From Aquificales bacterium (GTDB taxonomy: Bacteria > Aquificota > Aquificia > Aquificales > QOAS01), in NCBI GenBank assembly GCA_027036735.1, contig JALWDU010000017.1, forward strand, positions 1-52,254: 52,254 bases of DNA, written 5' to 3'. Numbering within the stretch: position 1 is the first letter of the stretch; each line of letters starts with the position of its first letter. This document shows positions 50,789 through 52,254 of this stretch, piece by piece. Both the position numbers and the translations under genes were made by a program. Below the pieces are notes generated by a model. That model saw only the letters and a list, made by a program, of their open reading frames with translations. It was not told where the DNA came from and made no database searches.

Positions 50789-51757
50789 TTGGTTTGGAAA
50801 CTCTTTAACCCCTACCTCTGGGCGGTAAAGGTTCGGGAGAAACTCTACCTCAAAGGGGTTCTAAAAAAGTGCCGCCCAAAAGCGGTTGTCGTTTCAATTG
50901 GAAACCTCTCGGTGGGCGGAACGGGAAAGACACCCACCACCTCGGAGCTCGCAAAATTCTTTTCCTCCAAAGGTGTGAAAACGGCTATCCTCCTAAGGGG
51001 CTACGGGAGAAAAACGAGGGGGGCGCTCCTGGTTTCGGCGGGTGATAGACCCCTCTTGAGCGTCGAGGAGGCGGGGGACGAGGCTTTCCTATACGCCTCT
51101 AGGCTGAAGGGTGTAGCGGTGGCGGTTGCCGAAAGGCGTTGCGAGGGGGCTCGTCTGCTCGAAGAGAGCTTTAACCCCGACCTCATTTTGCTCGACGACG
51201 GCTTTCAGCACCTGGCGATTGAGCGCGATTTCGACATAGTCCTGCTGACCCCAAGGGATTTGAAGGATAGGGTTTTGCCCTTCGGGAGGTTGAGGGAACC
51301 CCTTTCCGCCCTTCGGAGGGCAAACTTTTGTCTATTTTCGAAAACCTCACCCCCACACGGGGAGCTCGAAAGGCTCTGCCTCCAAATGGGAAAACCCTTC
51401 GGCTACCTCGAGGTGGTCGGATACAGACTCCTAACCCCCGAGGGGGAGGAGGTTCCCTTCGAAACCCTCAAAGGGAGAAAGGTCGGTATAGTCTCCGCCG
51501 TGGGGGACAACAAAGGTTTTCAAAACACCCTTAAAGGTTTGGCAAATAGATACGGCTTCCAAATAGTGGAAACGCTTGCATTTCCCGACCACTACGGGTA
51601 TGAGGGGGTAAAACTCGACCCCTCCCTCCTTTGGATAACCACCTTTAAAGACCTCTACAAGTTGAGGGAAAGGACAAACGCAAATCTCCTCGTATTGGAT
51701 AGGGAGATAAGGCTTCCGAAAAACCTTTTGGAGGAACTTGAGAAGGCGGTCAGATAA
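50789..51757 (+). CDS. lpxK: Tetraacyldisaccharide 4'-kinase
   Basis: SIGNLSVGGTGKTP, LRGYG, GDEA, LDDGFQH, LPFGRLRE, FPDHY and TFKD. Confidence 0.96.
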   Translation: MVWKLFNPYLWAVKVREKLYLKGVLKKCRPKAVVVSIGNLSVGGTGKTPTTSELAKFFSSKGVKTAILLRGYGRKTRGALLVSAGDRPLLSVEEAGDEAFLYASRLKGVAVAVAERRCEGARLLEESFNPDLILLDDGFQHLAIERDFDIVLLTPRDLKDRVLPFGRLREPLSALRRANFCLFSKTSPPHGELERLCLQMGKPFGYLEVVGYRLLTPEGEEVPFETLKGRKVGIVSAVGDNKGFQNTLKGLANRYGFQIVETLAFPDHYGYEGVKLDPSLLWITTFKDLYKLRERTNANLLVLDREIRLPKNLLEELEKAVR

Positions 51758-52254
51758 CCACCTTTTGGAGCCTCTTATCCCTCCCCAAAACCACTATTGG
51801 GATTGTCATTTCACCGAGGCGCGACACCATGTGGGAGCCGAAGCGTTTGTCGAGGAGCATATCCTCGGAGACGGCGTTTAACTTAGGAAAATTTATCCCG
51901 CGCTCCGCGCGGCTTATCACCTTTACACCCCTACCCAGACTTTGACCTTCGGAAGCCCGCCCAACCAGGTAGGAGGGGTAATAGTTGGTCGTTATAAAGG
52001 TAACCTTTTTTTCGTTGTAGCGCCTGCTTATCAAACCGGTGAGTATCTCCCTATACCAGTCGGTTAGTACCTCGTTTCCGAGGTCGTCCAATACGAGAAT
52101 GGGAACGCGCGCCAGCGATTCGATAATCTCCGACGCCCCCTTTTCGGCGAAGCTCTCGCGCAGTTTTATCGACAGCTCTTTGGTATCGGTGAAAAGTCCC
52201 TTTATCCTATACTTGGTGTAGAGGTATTTGAGAACCGCCGACACTATATAGGTC
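51750..52254 (-). CDS. dnaC: DnaC/IstB-like AAA+ helicase loader (5' part outside window)
   Basis: Frame open to the window edge (...TYIVSAVL, end of Walker A), ILVLDDLG Walker B, RYNEKKVTFITTN, R(F)GSHMVSRL. Confidence 0.8.
   Translation of the reverse strand, partial: TYIVSAVLKYLYTKYRIKGLFTDTKELSIKLRESFAEKGASEIIESLARVPILVLDDLGNEVLTDWYREILTGLISRRYNEKKVTFITTNYYPSYLVGRASEGQSLGRGVKVISRAERGINFPKLNAVSEDMLLDKRFGSHMVSRLGEMTIPIVVLGRDKRLQKVVI

Overview
A 52 kb chromosomal segment from a thermophilic bacterium, most likely Aquificota. This is inferred from the codon style, an archaeal-type Trm1, DUF1640 and the scattered, operon-poor gene order. The backbone is housekeeping genes: frr, kdsD, proB, purS, mazG, skp, cobA, guaB, ctpA, dnaA, argC, thiC, folK, dnaX, ilvN, rseP, trm1, lpxK and a partial dnaC. 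Defence-type and accessory elements are interspersed. (1) The top candidate is a 627-aa ORF that overlaps the 3' end of dnaA tail-to-tail. By eye it aligns collinearly with prokaryotic Argonaute (N-L1-PAZ-L2-MID-PIWI) but has a shortened PAZ, a remodelled 5'-guide pocket and a truncated PIWI lacking the first catalytic Asp. It has host-like composition and no partner effector gene. (2) Two NACHT + pentapeptide-repeat paralogues have variable AT-rich repeat regions bounded by near-identical DNA blocks, and one is split by a single in-frame TAA. (3) A complete type III-B cmr1-6 operon has no array, cas6, adaptation genes or recognised effector in the window. (4) Two inverted copies of a ~240-bp highly structured element resemble IS200/IS605 (TnpB/IscB omega-RNA) ends and bracket the Cmr region. 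One supplies the mscS stop codon and the other interrupts a decayed mazEF. (5) A RelB/DinJ-YafQ pair is arranged divergently around an operator/promoter. All homology calls come from motif recognition by eye, and no database searches were run.
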